Shown: positions 8,765-16,386 of the stretch, piece by piece | How positions within the stretch are numbered: the first letter of the stretch is position 1 | Layout: every line of letters starts with the position of its first letter | DNA from: Candidatus Omnitrophota bacterium | GTDB lineage: Bacteria; Omnitrophota; Gorgyraeia; Gygaellales; Profunditerraquicolaceae | Reading direction: 5' to 3' | DNA: 29,156 bases | Assembly: GCA_016938245.1 (NCBI GenBank) | Contig: JAFGUY010000107.1 | Location: 1-29,156 of the forward strand | The notes under the pieces: generated by a model | Database searches by the model: none | Told to the model about the DNA's origin: nothing | The model's input: the letters and a program-made list of their open reading frames with translations, nothing else | Program-made: the position numbers and the translations under genes

Positions 8765-10267
8765 TTATTTACCCTTTACCGCTGCCACAAAAAACCCGAT
8801 TAATGTAAAAACCGATATAAACTCCAGACGCCCTGCCCACATCTGCAGGATATAAGTAACTTTTAATACTACCGGCATAGTTGCCGAAGTTATGCCGCAG
8901 GATAAGCCTACATTTCCCGCTGCTGATGTAGATTCAAATAAAGACCTTAAAAAAGGATGTCCGTAGAACATTCCTATACAGGCCCCTAAGAAATAAAGGA
9001 TAAGGTAGGCTAAAGTGATAAGCAAAGCGCTTCTTACCTGCTTGTTCTGTAAAAAAACTTCTTTGATATGGTGAAACTTCTGGATTACAATCGCTCTTTC
9101 CGGCAGGATTATTTTTTTAATATCCTCGAGGAATGCCTTAAAGATTATCCCCACTCTAAGCATCTTTATTGCCCCGGTAGTAGAACAGACGGCCCCGCCT
9201 AACCCCATTGCCAAAATCACTCCTACAAGGCTTAAATTATTCCATTCGCTGGAAAATTGAGAGGGATATATAGTCTGAAAGCCGGTGCCTGAATGGCCGG
9301 AGACAAGCTGAAAGAAGCCTTTGCGGAAAAACATAACTGCCTGAGGATATATCCCGGCCTGCTTTAAACCTATAGCGACAATAGAGAATACGGCCATAAT
9401 AGAAATGAAAAAAGTCACTGTCTCTATATTCTTGGCTATCTCTTTGCGGTTACCAACCCAAATATGATAATGGAGCTTAAAGTTAAGAGCACCTAAAATC
9501 ATAAGAATAACAGTTACAATCTCAAAGGCAAAAGAGCGGTAATAAAGAATGCTCTGTGACTGCGGGGCAAAGCCTCCGGTATCAAAAGCAGCCATGAATA
9601 TGCATAGGCCGTGGAAAAAAGCACTAAACGGCTTCATCCCTCCTATATTACCGATTATGCTTAAAACGAGGGTGCCTAAGATTAAATAAGTAATGCTTAC
9701 CAGCCATATAAATCTTGAGGTATGTATTACATTGGGCATTATTCTCTCGTCGCGCGCTTCCCCTACGTATAATTTGAATGCTCCGGATGCGCCTTTGACA
9801 AAGAACGAAAGCGCAATAATTACAATCCCCTGCCCTCCGATAAACATAGTTAAATGGCGCCAGAGATTGTGCGTTAAAGACATGTGGTCTAGATTTTGGA
9901 CTAAGGTAAGTCCGGTCGTAGCAAAACCGGACATAGAGTCAAAACAGGCGTCTAAATAAGATTTCCAGTGCCCGCTTAAATGCATAGGAATTGCCCCTAA
10001 AAACATCACTGCCACCCACGCTAAAGAGACTACAATCATCCCCTGCATCCAGTTAAGTTCGCGGTCTGTACGAAAAACCCGGATAAGTATAAGCCCGATA
10101 ATTAAGCCCGTTTCTAAACCGATTAAGAAATCTAAGACAGGGTTTATCTCTCTGGCTAACAATCCTACTAATATAGGTATAGCCATTGTACAAGAGAGGC
10201 CGATAATAATCTTGCCTAAATAATAACCTATGGCCTTGATATCCTGTTTACCGGGCTTTAAGATCAT
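8765..10267 (-). CDS. trkH: TrkH-family potassium uptake membrane protein
   Basis: 500 aa, multi-TM, four pore-loop motifs (SGFATTG, FDTGGF, HSGTGF, AGNVGL), GGQG and GGAVCSTTGAIK loops. Confidence 0.93.
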   Translation of the reverse strand: MILKPGKQDIKAIGYYLGKIIIGLSCTMAIPILVGLLAREINPVLDFLIGLETGLIIGLILIRVFRTDRELNWMQGMIVVSLAWVAVMFLGAIPMHLSGHWKSYLDACFDSMSGFATTGLTLVQNLDHMSLTHNLWRHLTMFIGGQGIVIIALSFFVKGASGAFKLYVGEARDERIMPNVIHTSRFIWLVSITYLILGTLVLSIIGNIGGMKPFSAFFHGLCIFMAAFDTGGFAPQSQSILYYRSFAFEIVTVILMILGALNFKLHYHIWVGNRKEIAKNIETVTFFISIMAVFSIVAIGLKQAGIYPQAVMFFRKGFFQLVSGHSGTGFQTIYPSQFSSEWNNLSLVGVILAMGLGGAVCSTTGAIKMLRVGIIFKAFLEDIKKIILPERAIVIQKFHHIKEVFLQNKQVRSALLITLAYLILYFLGACIGMFYGHPFLRSLFESTSAAGNVGLSCGITSATMPVVLKVTYILQMWAGRLEFISVFTLIGFFVAAVKGK

Positions 10268-10383
10268 TTTCTGAAATTAGCAATAAAACAGATTATAAAC
10301 CCTGCAAGCATTATGCAAAGGGCATAAAGAACCTCTGTAGATATCCCAAAGGCTGTCTTTAAAAATATCTTTTTCTTAATCAT
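10264..10383 (-). CDS. 39-aa small single-pass membrane protein (below the ORF-track size cut-off)
   Basis: Hand translation: MIKKKIFLKTAFGISTEVLYALCIMLAGFIICFIANFRK*. It exactly fills the trkA-trkH gap with ATGA overlaps at both ends and has a hydrophobic stretch of ~20 aa. Confidence 0.75.
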   Translation of the reverse strand: MIKKKIFLKTAFGISTEVLYALCIMLAGFIICFIANFRK

Positions 10384-11045
10384 AATTTACCTGCAAGTAA
10401 ACTTAACAGCTGGGGTTCGTTTCCTATGCTCGTTAAGGCAACTACGTCATCTCCGGGCTTAAGGATAGTGTTGCCTTTAGGGACAATAACATCATCACCT
10501 CGTAGGATAGAGACTAAAACGGAATTTTCAGGCAGGATAATATCTTTTACTTCTTTATTAATTACGGGGGAATCTTCCGGTAAATCCACACGCACAATAG
10601 CAAGCTTGCCGCGCTTAAAACTCATAAGGGTTACAAAATCAGAAAAAGAGACCTCCTCTTCAATAATCTTAGCGATTACCTTGGTGGCATCAACCGGTAT
10701 ATCAATACCCAGCTCGCTAAAAGTATGCTCATTATCAGGATTATTAACTCTGCCTACTGTACGCTGCACACTAAAACGCTCTTTGGCTAACTGGCAAATA
10801 ATCAGGTTGTCTTCATCATCTCCTGTAACTGCCGCTACAACATCTGCCCGGGATATCCCGGCCTCTTCCATAATCTTTGGATCGCATCCGTCGCCGTTAA
10901 TTACCAAAGCCTCAATCTCACGGGCAGTCTCTTCACAGACAAGCTTATTCTTATCGATTATGCTTACAGTATGTTTGCTTCCCGTAAGCCTCTTGGCTAA
11001 GAAATACCCCACTTTCCCTGCGCCGATAATGATAATATACATCAT
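10380..11045 (-). CDS. trkA: TrkA/KtrA-family RCK regulatory subunit (one RCK_N + RCK_C)
   Basis: Rossmann motif IIIIGAGKVG, VVAAVTGDDEDNL, C-terminal SILRGDDVIVPKGNT. Confidence 0.92.
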   Translation of the reverse strand: MMYIIIIGAGKVGYFLAKRLTGSKHTVSIIDKNKLVCEETAREIEALVINGDGCDPKIMEEAGISRADVVAAVTGDDEDNLIICQLAKERFSVQRTVGRVNNPDNEHTFSELGIDIPVDATKVIAKIIEEEVSFSDFVTLMSFKRGKLAIVRVDLPEDSPVINKEVKDIILPENSVLVSILRGDDVIVPKGNTILKPGDDVVALTSIGNEPQLLSLLAGKL

Positions 11046-11060
11046 ACACCTCTTGTTTTC

Positions 11061-11708
11061 CTAAAGCAGCTTAAACCTCTCCTTTATTTTATCAAGGCTG
11101 GTGACTTTAATAAGCGCCATTAATACATCCTTAGGCTTAAAGAAAGTGTTATTTTCAGGAATGATTGCTCCCGAAAGCCTTCTAATGGCTACAATCATAA
11201 ATACCTGCGGGATATTTATGTCTAAAGGGGTCTTGCCGACCAAATCATCTTTAACTTCAATCTCATAAACACCTAAATCTTTGGTTTCAATAAGGTAGCT
11301 GGAAAAACGGCTTTCAATTATCTTATCGCGTAACATTGCGGCAAAGAGGGTCGTCCCGCTAATAATATCAAGGCCTAATGCCGCATAGATATGCGCGCGT
11401 TGCGGGTCATAAACACGGGCGATAACCTTGGGGACCTTGAATATTCTTTTGGCAACCTGCGCAGAGATCAAATTAGTATTATCACCGTTAGTTACAGCAC
11501 AAAAGGCATCTGCTTTTTCAATCCCTACCTGCTTTAAGAGCTCCAAGTCAAACCCATTACCAGCCATAGTCAAGCCATTAAAGGTACTGCCCAAACGGTC
11601 AAAAGCATCGCGGGATTTATCGATTATAACAACATTCTGCCCTTCGTTAGAAAGAAGCTTGGCTAACTCTGCGCCTACCCTTCCGCAACCAACTATTATT
11701 ACATGCAT
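11061..11708 (-). CDS. trkA: TrkA/KtrA-family RCK regulatory subunit (one RCK_N + RCK_C)
   Basis: VIIVGCGRVG, AFCAVTNGDNTNL, VPKVIARVYDP. Confidence 0.92.
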   Translation of the reverse strand: MHVIIVGCGRVGAELAKLLSNEGQNVVIIDKSRDAFDRLGSTFNGLTMAGNGFDLELLKQVGIEKADAFCAVTNGDNTNLISAQVAKRIFKVPKVIARVYDPQRAHIYAALGLDIISGTTLFAAMLRDKIIESRFSSYLIETKDLGVYEIEVKDDLVGKTPLDINIPQVFMIVAIRRLSGAIIPENNTFFKPKDVLMALIKVTSLDKIKERFKLL

Positions 11709-11717
11709 AATAACCTC

Positions 11718-12065
11718 TTATTTTTTCGCTAACCCTACTATCTTCTTAAAGGCTGCGCTATCCCTCACTGCCAGATCCGCAAGTATCTTACGGTCCAGCA
11801 TAACTTTAGACCTCTTCAAGCCGTTCATAAAAACACTGTAGGTAAGGCCGCATTCTCTACAGGCAGCATTAATACGCGCAATCCATAGTGCGCGAAACTC
11901 TCTTTTTTTGTTGCGCCTGTCGCGGTAGGCATATTTTAAAGCGTGCATAAGAGCACGGCTAGCCTGCTGATACTGCTTGCTCCTGTCCGAGAAAAAACCC
12001 TTTGCCTTCTTTAATACCCTCTTTTTCCTTCTGCGCGTAGCAACGCTATGCTTGATCTTAGACAT
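11718..12065 (-). CDS. rplT: 50S ribosomal protein L20
   Basis: [43 protein letters not shown]. Confidence 0.97.
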   Translation of the reverse strand: MSKIKHSVATRRRKKRVLKKAKGFFSDRSKQYQQASRALMHALKYAYRDRRNKKREFRALWIARINAACRECGLTYSVFMNGLKRSKVMLDRKILADLAVRDSAAFKKIVGLAKK

Positions 12066-12084
12066 AATGCTTACTCTCCTTTAG

Positions 12085-12285
12085 TTAACCGTAAGGCAAC
12101 ATCCTTTTTAAATATTTCTCTTCTTTCTTATTGTCCAGGACACTCCTTCTTTTTAAAGATCTTAGCCTCTTGGCTTTTTTGCTTGAGGCAAGATGGCTTT
12201 TACCGCCGGGAGAATATTTAATCTTCCCCTTTTTGCTTAATTTAAATCTCTTAGCTACCCCTCTTTTAGTCTTTAGTTTTCCCAT
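12085..12285 (-). CDS. rpmI: 50S ribosomal protein L35
   Basis: MGKLKTKRGVAKRFK..SHL..KK.KRLR.L..LPYG. Start placed at ATG 12285 behind AGAAAGG rather than at the ORF-track 12309. Confidence 0.95.
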   Translation of the reverse strand: MGKLKTKRGVAKRFKLSKKGKIKYSPGGKSHLASSKKAKRLRSLKRRSVLDNKKEEKYLKRMLPYG

Positions 12286-12295
12286 GGCTGCCTTT

Positions 12296-12802
12296 CTATT
12301 TAGGTGCAACTACAAAATACATAATCCTGCCTTCTAAGGCGGTTTTTTTTTCCAGTTGCCCGTCGTTTGCTAAATCCGCGATAAACCTGTCTAAAACCTT
12401 TTTCCCTAAATCTATATGCTCCATCTGCCTGCCGCGGAAGAATAAATTAATTTTAACTTTGTCTTTCTTTTTTAAAAAACTTATTACGTGTTTTAGTTTA
12501 GTTTCGTAATCATGGTCGTCAATGTTAGGCTTTAAGCGTATCTCTTTAAGTTTCCCCTGTTTTTGATGCTTCTTGGCCTCGCGCTCCTTTTTTTCCTCAT
12601 CGTATTTGAATTTACTAAAATCAATAATCCGGCAAACCGGCGGGTTAGCAGTGGGTGCCACCTCAACTAAGTCTAAGTCATACTGATTAGCTAATTCCAG
12701 CGCCTTTTGTATCGCCACTATACCGAGCTGTTGTGCATCCGGGCCGATAAGCCTTACATGGGAAACGCGGATCCTTTCATTAACACGGATAAACTTTTTT
12801 AT
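12296..12802 (-). CDS. infC: Translation initiation factor IF-3 (probable ATA start; GTG at 12811 is the alternative)
   Basis: RVNERIR..VRLIG, LDLVEVAP.ANPPVCRIIDF.KFKY, KEIRLKPNIDDHDY.TK, FRGRQM. Sits in the thrS-infC-rpmI-rplT operon. Confidence 0.95.
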   Translation of the reverse strand: MKKFIRVNERIRVSHVRLIGPDAQQLGIVAIQKALELANQYDLDLVEVAPTANPPVCRIIDFSKFKYDEEKKEREAKKHQKQGKLKEIRLKPNIDDHDYETKLKHVISFLKKKDKVKINLFFRGRQMEHIDLGKKVLDRFIADLANDGQLEKKTALEGRIMYFVVAPK

Positions 12803-12822
12803 CGCAACCACCTTTCCTTTCT

Positions 12823-14565
12823 TTAGGTTAGGCTATTTGACAATAAGCGGGCTTGTTTTATAAAATCACTTAACACCACCATGCCGATATTGCCCTTGCC
12901 TTTTTTTCTGACCGCTACTGACCGAGATTTTTCCTCTCTTTCTCCGACAACTAAAATATAAGGTATCTTATCCAGCTCTGCGTTACGTATCTTCTTGTCT
13001 AATGTTTCATTACGCGTATCTATTTCTACACGGAAACCCTCGTTTTCCAATATTCCCTTAACTTGATCCCCGTAGCCTACAACCGAATCTTTTATCGGAA
13101 TCACCGTCATTTGCACCGGGGCAAGCCAAAGAGGGAAATCCGCATTATAATGCTCTATTAACGCGCCGATAAAGCGCTCTATACTGCCTAACAAAACCCT
13201 GTGCAACATTATAGGTTGTTTTTCCTTACCTTCATTATCAACATAGGCAAGGCCAAACCTTTTCGGCAGGGCAAAATCGCATTGTATGGTGGCGCATTGC
13301 CATTGCCTTTTTAAAGCATCTTTAAGTTTGATATCTATTTTAGGCCCATAAAAAGCGCCGTCTCCTATATTAATATCATATTGAAGCCCTTCTTCTTTCA
13401 ACGCCTCTTCTAATGCAGAAGTTGCCTTCTGCCAGTCCTCATCAGAACCGATACGGTCTTTAGGCTTAGTGCTTAACTCTATTACCCACTCCTTGAAACC
13501 AAATGCTTTCATAGTGTCAAAGACAAAATCTATTACGCCCTTAATTTCTTCGCGCAGTTGTTCAGGAAGGCAAAATATATGGGCATCATCCTGGGTAAAT
13601 CCGCGCACGCGCAATAATCCATGCAGGACTCCGGCTTTTTCATGGCGGTAAACTGTCCCTAATTCAAAAAGCCGTATGGGCAAATCCTTGTAGCTTCTTG
13701 TCCTGGACTTATAAATTAAGATATGCCCGGGGCAATTCATCGGCTTTAAGACATATTCCGCCTCATCTACTTTAAATATATGCATATTTTCTTTGTAGTA
13801 ATCGTAATGACCGCTTGTCTTCCAAAGCTTAGAATTCATAATATGCGGGGTAATCACCATCTGATACCCGCGTTTTACATGTTCCCTCTTTTCGTAATCT
13901 TCAATAATGGTGCGAAGAACAGCTCCTTTAGGATGATAAAAAACCAGCCCTGCGCCGGCCTCTTCATGGTAAATATCAAATAACCCTAAGGCCGGGCCTA
14001 TTTTACGGTGATCGCGAAGCTTAGCCTCCTCTATATTCTTCAGATATTCCTCTAATTCTTTTTTGGTTTCAAAACAGGTGCCGTAAATCCTCTGTAGCAT
14101 TGGGTTAGTTTCAATACCATGCCAATACGCTCCGGCAACCGAGAGAAGCTTGAAGGCCTTGATCTCCCCGGTTGAGTTAATATGCGGCCCGCGGCATAAA
14201 TCTACGAAACCTTTACCCGTTCTATAAACCGAGACTTTTTCATCCGATAAAGCATTAAGCAATTCTACCTTATAATCTTCCTTAATTCCTTGGAATAATT
14301 TTATGGCCTCAGCCCTGCTTATCTCTTCCCTGATAAAAGGTTCATTTTTAGCTATAATTTCACGCATCTTTTGATCAATTTTAACCAAATCCTCGTCAGT
14401 AAAAGCATCTTTTTTACCCGCACTAAGCGCAGTCGAAGTGTCAAAATCATAATAAAACCCGTCTTCTATAGCCGGGCCGATAGCTAATTTTGCATCCGGC
14501 CATAGCTCCTTTACTGCATGAGCCATTATATGCGAACAAGAATGTCGTAAGGTATCTAGATCCAT
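12823..14565 (-). CDS. thrS: Threonine--tRNA ligase (no N-terminal TGS domain)
   Basis: LRHSCSHIMA, GPAIEDGFYYDF, DLCRGPH, RDHRKIG, KPMNCPGH, LLRVRGFTQDDAH, GAFYGPKID, MLHRVLLGSIERF. Confidence 0.97.
   Translation of the reverse strand: MDLDTLRHSCSHIMAHAVKELWPDAKLAIGPAIEDGFYYDFDTSTALSAGKKDAFTDEDLVKIDQKMREIIAKNEPFIREEISRAEAIKLFQGIKEDYKVELLNALSDEKVSVYRTGKGFVDLCRGPHINSTGEIKAFKLLSVAGAYWHGIETNPMLQRIYGTCFETKKELEEYLKNIEEAKLRDHRKIGPALGLFDIYHEEAGAGLVFYHPKGAVLRTIIEDYEKREHVKRGYQMVITPHIMNSKLWKTSGHYDYYKENMHIFKVDEAEYVLKPMNCPGHILIYKSRTRSYKDLPIRLFELGTVYRHEKAGVLHGLLRVRGFTQDDAHIFCLPEQLREEIKGVIDFVFDTMKAFGFKEWVIELSTKPKDRIGSDEDWQKATSALEEALKEEGLQYDINIGDGAFYGPKIDIKLKDALKRQWQCATIQCDFALPKRFGLAYVDNEGKEKQPIMLHRVLLGSIERFIGALIEHYNADFPLWLAPVQMTVIPIKDSVVGYGDQVKGILENEGFRVEIDTRNETLDKKIRNAELDKIPYILVVGEREEKSRSVAVRKKGKGNIGMVVLSDFIKQARLLSNSLT
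14416..14439. repeat. REP-like element inserted in frame within thrS (encodes TSTALSAG)
   Basis: Minus strand ACTTCGACTGCGCTTAGTGCGGGT with CACT/AGTG arms. It adds ~8 residues right after GFYYDFD and is related to the element at 5229-5253. Confidence 0.55.
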
Positions 14566-14579
14566 AGTTTTTCTGGTAA

Positions 14580-14633
14580 GGCACTTAGCTCGCTAAACCG
14601 CTTGTCGCGGTTTTTAACGCTCGCTTGAGTGCC
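14580..14633. repeat. Nested palindromic element upstream of thrS
   Basis: GGCACTTA-GCTCGCT-AAACCGC-TTGTC-GCGGTTT-TTAAC-GCTCGCT-TGAGTGCC: outer and inner inverted repeats plus a GCTCGCT direct repeat. Confidence 0.7.
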
Positions 14634-14666
14634 ATTAAAATTTTCCTTGTCGGAAAATTTTAATGG
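14632..14666 (-). terminator. Perfect 15-bp hairpin at the tRNA-Val 3' end (terminator or processing-stem candidate)
   Basis: CCATTAAAATTTTCC-TTGTC-GGAAAATTTTAATGG, a perfect inverted repeat starting in the tRNA 3' end. Confidence 0.5.
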
Positions 14667-14737
14667 GCCCAAGAGGACTTGAACCTCTGGCCTTTGCGAT
14701 GTCAACGCAACGCTCTAACCAACTGAGCTATGAGCCC
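14664..14737 (-). tRNA. tRNA-Val(GAC)
   Basis: GGGCTCATAGCTCAGTTGGTTAGAGCG-TTGCG-TTGACAT-CGCAA-AGGCCAGAGGTTCAAGTCCTCTTGGGCCCA. CCA is not encoded. Confidence 0.95.
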
Positions 14738-14747
14738 GATGTAATAT

Positions 14748-15521
14748 TTATGGGCAGGGAGGGAGTCGAACCCTCACGCTCTTGCGAACGGGAGATTTTA
14801 AGTCTCCATTGTCTGCCATTCCAACACCTGCCCGTTGATAAACATTGGTCGAATTCAAGAGGTCGATTGTTCTACTTTTTCTCCAACCAGCATAAGAATT
14901 AATACACTCCTCGGCTAATAAATTCTTTCTCTCCAGACCAAAGCTTCCTGGGTAGTAACACTGTTGAGCAATCTGTCTTGCTGCCATTTTGCCAAATTTT
15001 AACTCACAACAAGTTCCTTGCTTGTTTTGCTTATGTATTTTCCCTCTTGCTTTTAAAATTTCTTCTATTGCTTGCCCTAACCATTCCAAGAATTTAATGG
15101 AGACAGAGTATACCCTCAGGCTCCATTGCTCTCTTTTATTACCCGGGTGTATCCAATTACGTATGCAACCATCTCCGTCAATCAATCCTCTTAAGAAATC
15201 AGGAAAATATGCTTCGGGAATATTTAATTCCTTTAGTGTTAAAGATTTATTGGGTGTTAACCCTACAGACAAAAGAAAATCATAAAAATTTCTGTTCCCA
15301 ATTTGAATATGAAAATTTTTCTGTTTTAACGCGTTAAATTTTTCTCCAATTTTATTAGTAATGTTTAGTGTCGTTTTAATCTTAAGAAGAAATTCCCGGT
15401 CTTTAGAGGTTATGTCTATATGTCGTCCATCTGATGACAAACACCCGTCGCTTGTGATTAACCCTACTAAATACCAAAGATTCGCTCCGCTGATTTTTAA
15501 TTCTTCCCTATGCGCAGGCAT
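14748..15521 (-). mobile_element. Free-standing two-motif LAGLIDADG homing-endonuclease-like gene; ORF runs through tRNA-Leu
   Basis: Motifs YLVGLITSDGCL and DFLRGLIDGDGCI. The region is visibly AT-rich and lies between tRNA-Cys and tRNA-Leu. The last 28 codons are the tRNA-Leu gene. Confidence 0.85.
14751..14833 (-). tRNA. tRNA-Leu(TAA), intron-less
   Basis: GGGCAGGTGTTGGAATGGCAGACAAT-GGAGA-CTTAAAA-TCTCC, long variable arm, GAGGGTTCGACTCCCTC, CCTGCCCA. Confidence 0.95.
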
Positions 15522-15530
15522 TTTAATTTA

Positions 15531-15602
15531 AGGCGCGGAGCGGAATCGAACCGCTGAATAACTGTTTTGCAGACAGTTGCCTTGCCGCTTGGCTACCGCG
15601 CC
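15531..15602 (-). tRNA. tRNA-Cys(GCA)
   Basis: GGCGCGGTAGCCAAGCGGCAAGGCA-ACTGT-CTGCAAA-ACAGT-TATTCAGCGGTTCGATTCCGCTCCGCGCCT, with the U73 discriminator typical of tRNA-Cys. Confidence 0.95.
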
Positions 15603-15608
15603 AAACTT

Positions 15609-16145
15609 TTAAAGAACCTTATTGGCCTCTTTGATTATCGCCTCAACTTCCGCCAAGCAGCCAACGCCCGTATCGCCGCAAGCAAGCTTCCCCTTCTTAG
15701 GCCCGATGAACATATAGCCTTTATTTTTAAGCTTGGCAATATTCTCTTGGGTGATTTTATTTTTATACATATTCTCATTCATTGCCGGCGCAATCAAAAC
15801 AGGCGCGCTAGTTGCCGAAACTACGCAGGTCAAAAGATCGTCGCATATCCCGCTTGCAATTTTCGCAATAACATTTGCTGTAGCCGGAGCAATTAAAATT
15901 AAATCTGCCTGTTTAGCCAAAGATATATGTTCTATCTCCCAAGCCTCCGGCATATCAAATAGCCCGCGATAAACTTTATTGCCGGAAAGACTCTGGAAAA
16001 CTACCGGCTTAATCATCTCTTCGGACTCTTTAGTCTGTATTACCGTAACAGAAAAACCTTCTTCTTTAAGCCTGCGCACCAAATCACAGGCCTTATAAAT
16101 CGCGATGCTTGCCGTAACCCCTAAAATAATCTTTTTATTCTTCAA
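15609..16145 (-). CDS. coaC: Phosphopantothenoylcysteine decarboxylase (stand-alone CoaC domain)
   Basis: LGVTASIAIYKA, EHISLA..ADLILIAPATANVIAKIASGICDDLLT, PAMNENM, GKLACGDTGVGCL. It ends at 178 aa with no CoaB domain. TTG start. Confidence 0.9.
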   Translation of the reverse strand: MKNKKIILGVTASIAIYKACDLVRRLKEEGFSVTVIQTKESEEMIKPVVFQSLSGNKVYRGLFDMPEAWEIEHISLAKQADLILIAPATANVIAKIASGICDDLLTCVVSATSAPVLIAPAMNENMYKNKITQENIAKLKNKGYMFIGPKKGKLACGDTGVGCLAEVEAIIKEANKVL

Positions 16146-16149
16146 CGCC

Positions 16150-16359
16150 TTATTCTTTCTGCTTTAACTTCTTAGCTTGCACTTTCCCGGCGGCAATCTC
16201 ACGCAACGCCACAGTAGAAGGCTTAACCGCGGCATTTGCCTCTATAAGTTTAGGCTGTCCCTCGGCAATCTCCAAGGCTCTTTTTGCTGCCAGATTTACA
16301 AGTTTATAGATAGACCCTTCACTCTTTGATAAAAGCTTCTCTCTCTCGACATAACCCAT
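16150..16359 (-). CDS. rpoZ: RNA polymerase omega subunit
   Basis: SIYKLVNLAAKRALEI..KPSTVALREIAAGKV, in the gmk-rpoZ-coaBC context. Confidence 0.92.
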   Translation of the reverse strand: MGYVEREKLLSKSEGSIYKLVNLAAKRALEIAEGQPKLIEANAAVKPSTVALREIAAGKVQAKKLKQKE

Positions 16360-16386
16360 AGATTGCTCCTTACTTGTATTAAAACA

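Noticed and set aside
10426-11841. Long plus-strand ORFs of 212 aa and 137 aa
   Set aside because: Antisense shadows of the trkA genes with no protein family signal. The same applies to the other short antisense ORFs over fusA, pheST, gyrB and yicC.
12286-12309. Longer start for L35 (MHLNRKAA)
   Set aside because: It overlaps infC and the real Shine-Dalgarno; homology begins at MGKLKTK.
14566-14663. T-box riboswitch or attenuator for thrS (and for pheS)
   Set aside because: No T-box motif or stem I is present and the leader is too short; pheS overlaps its upstream gene, leaving no leader.
14663-14902. Plus-strand 79-aa ORF
   Set aside because: It is the antisense reading of tRNA-Val and tRNA-Leu.
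14751-15602. Group I intron in tRNA-Leu(UAA) hosting the LAGLIDADG gene
   Set aside because: Both tRNA-Leu and tRNA-Cys are contiguous with complete anticodon arms; the ORF lies between them, not inside.
15567-15896. Plus-strand 109-aa ORF
   Set aside because: Antisense to tRNA-Cys and coaC, with no recognisable motif.
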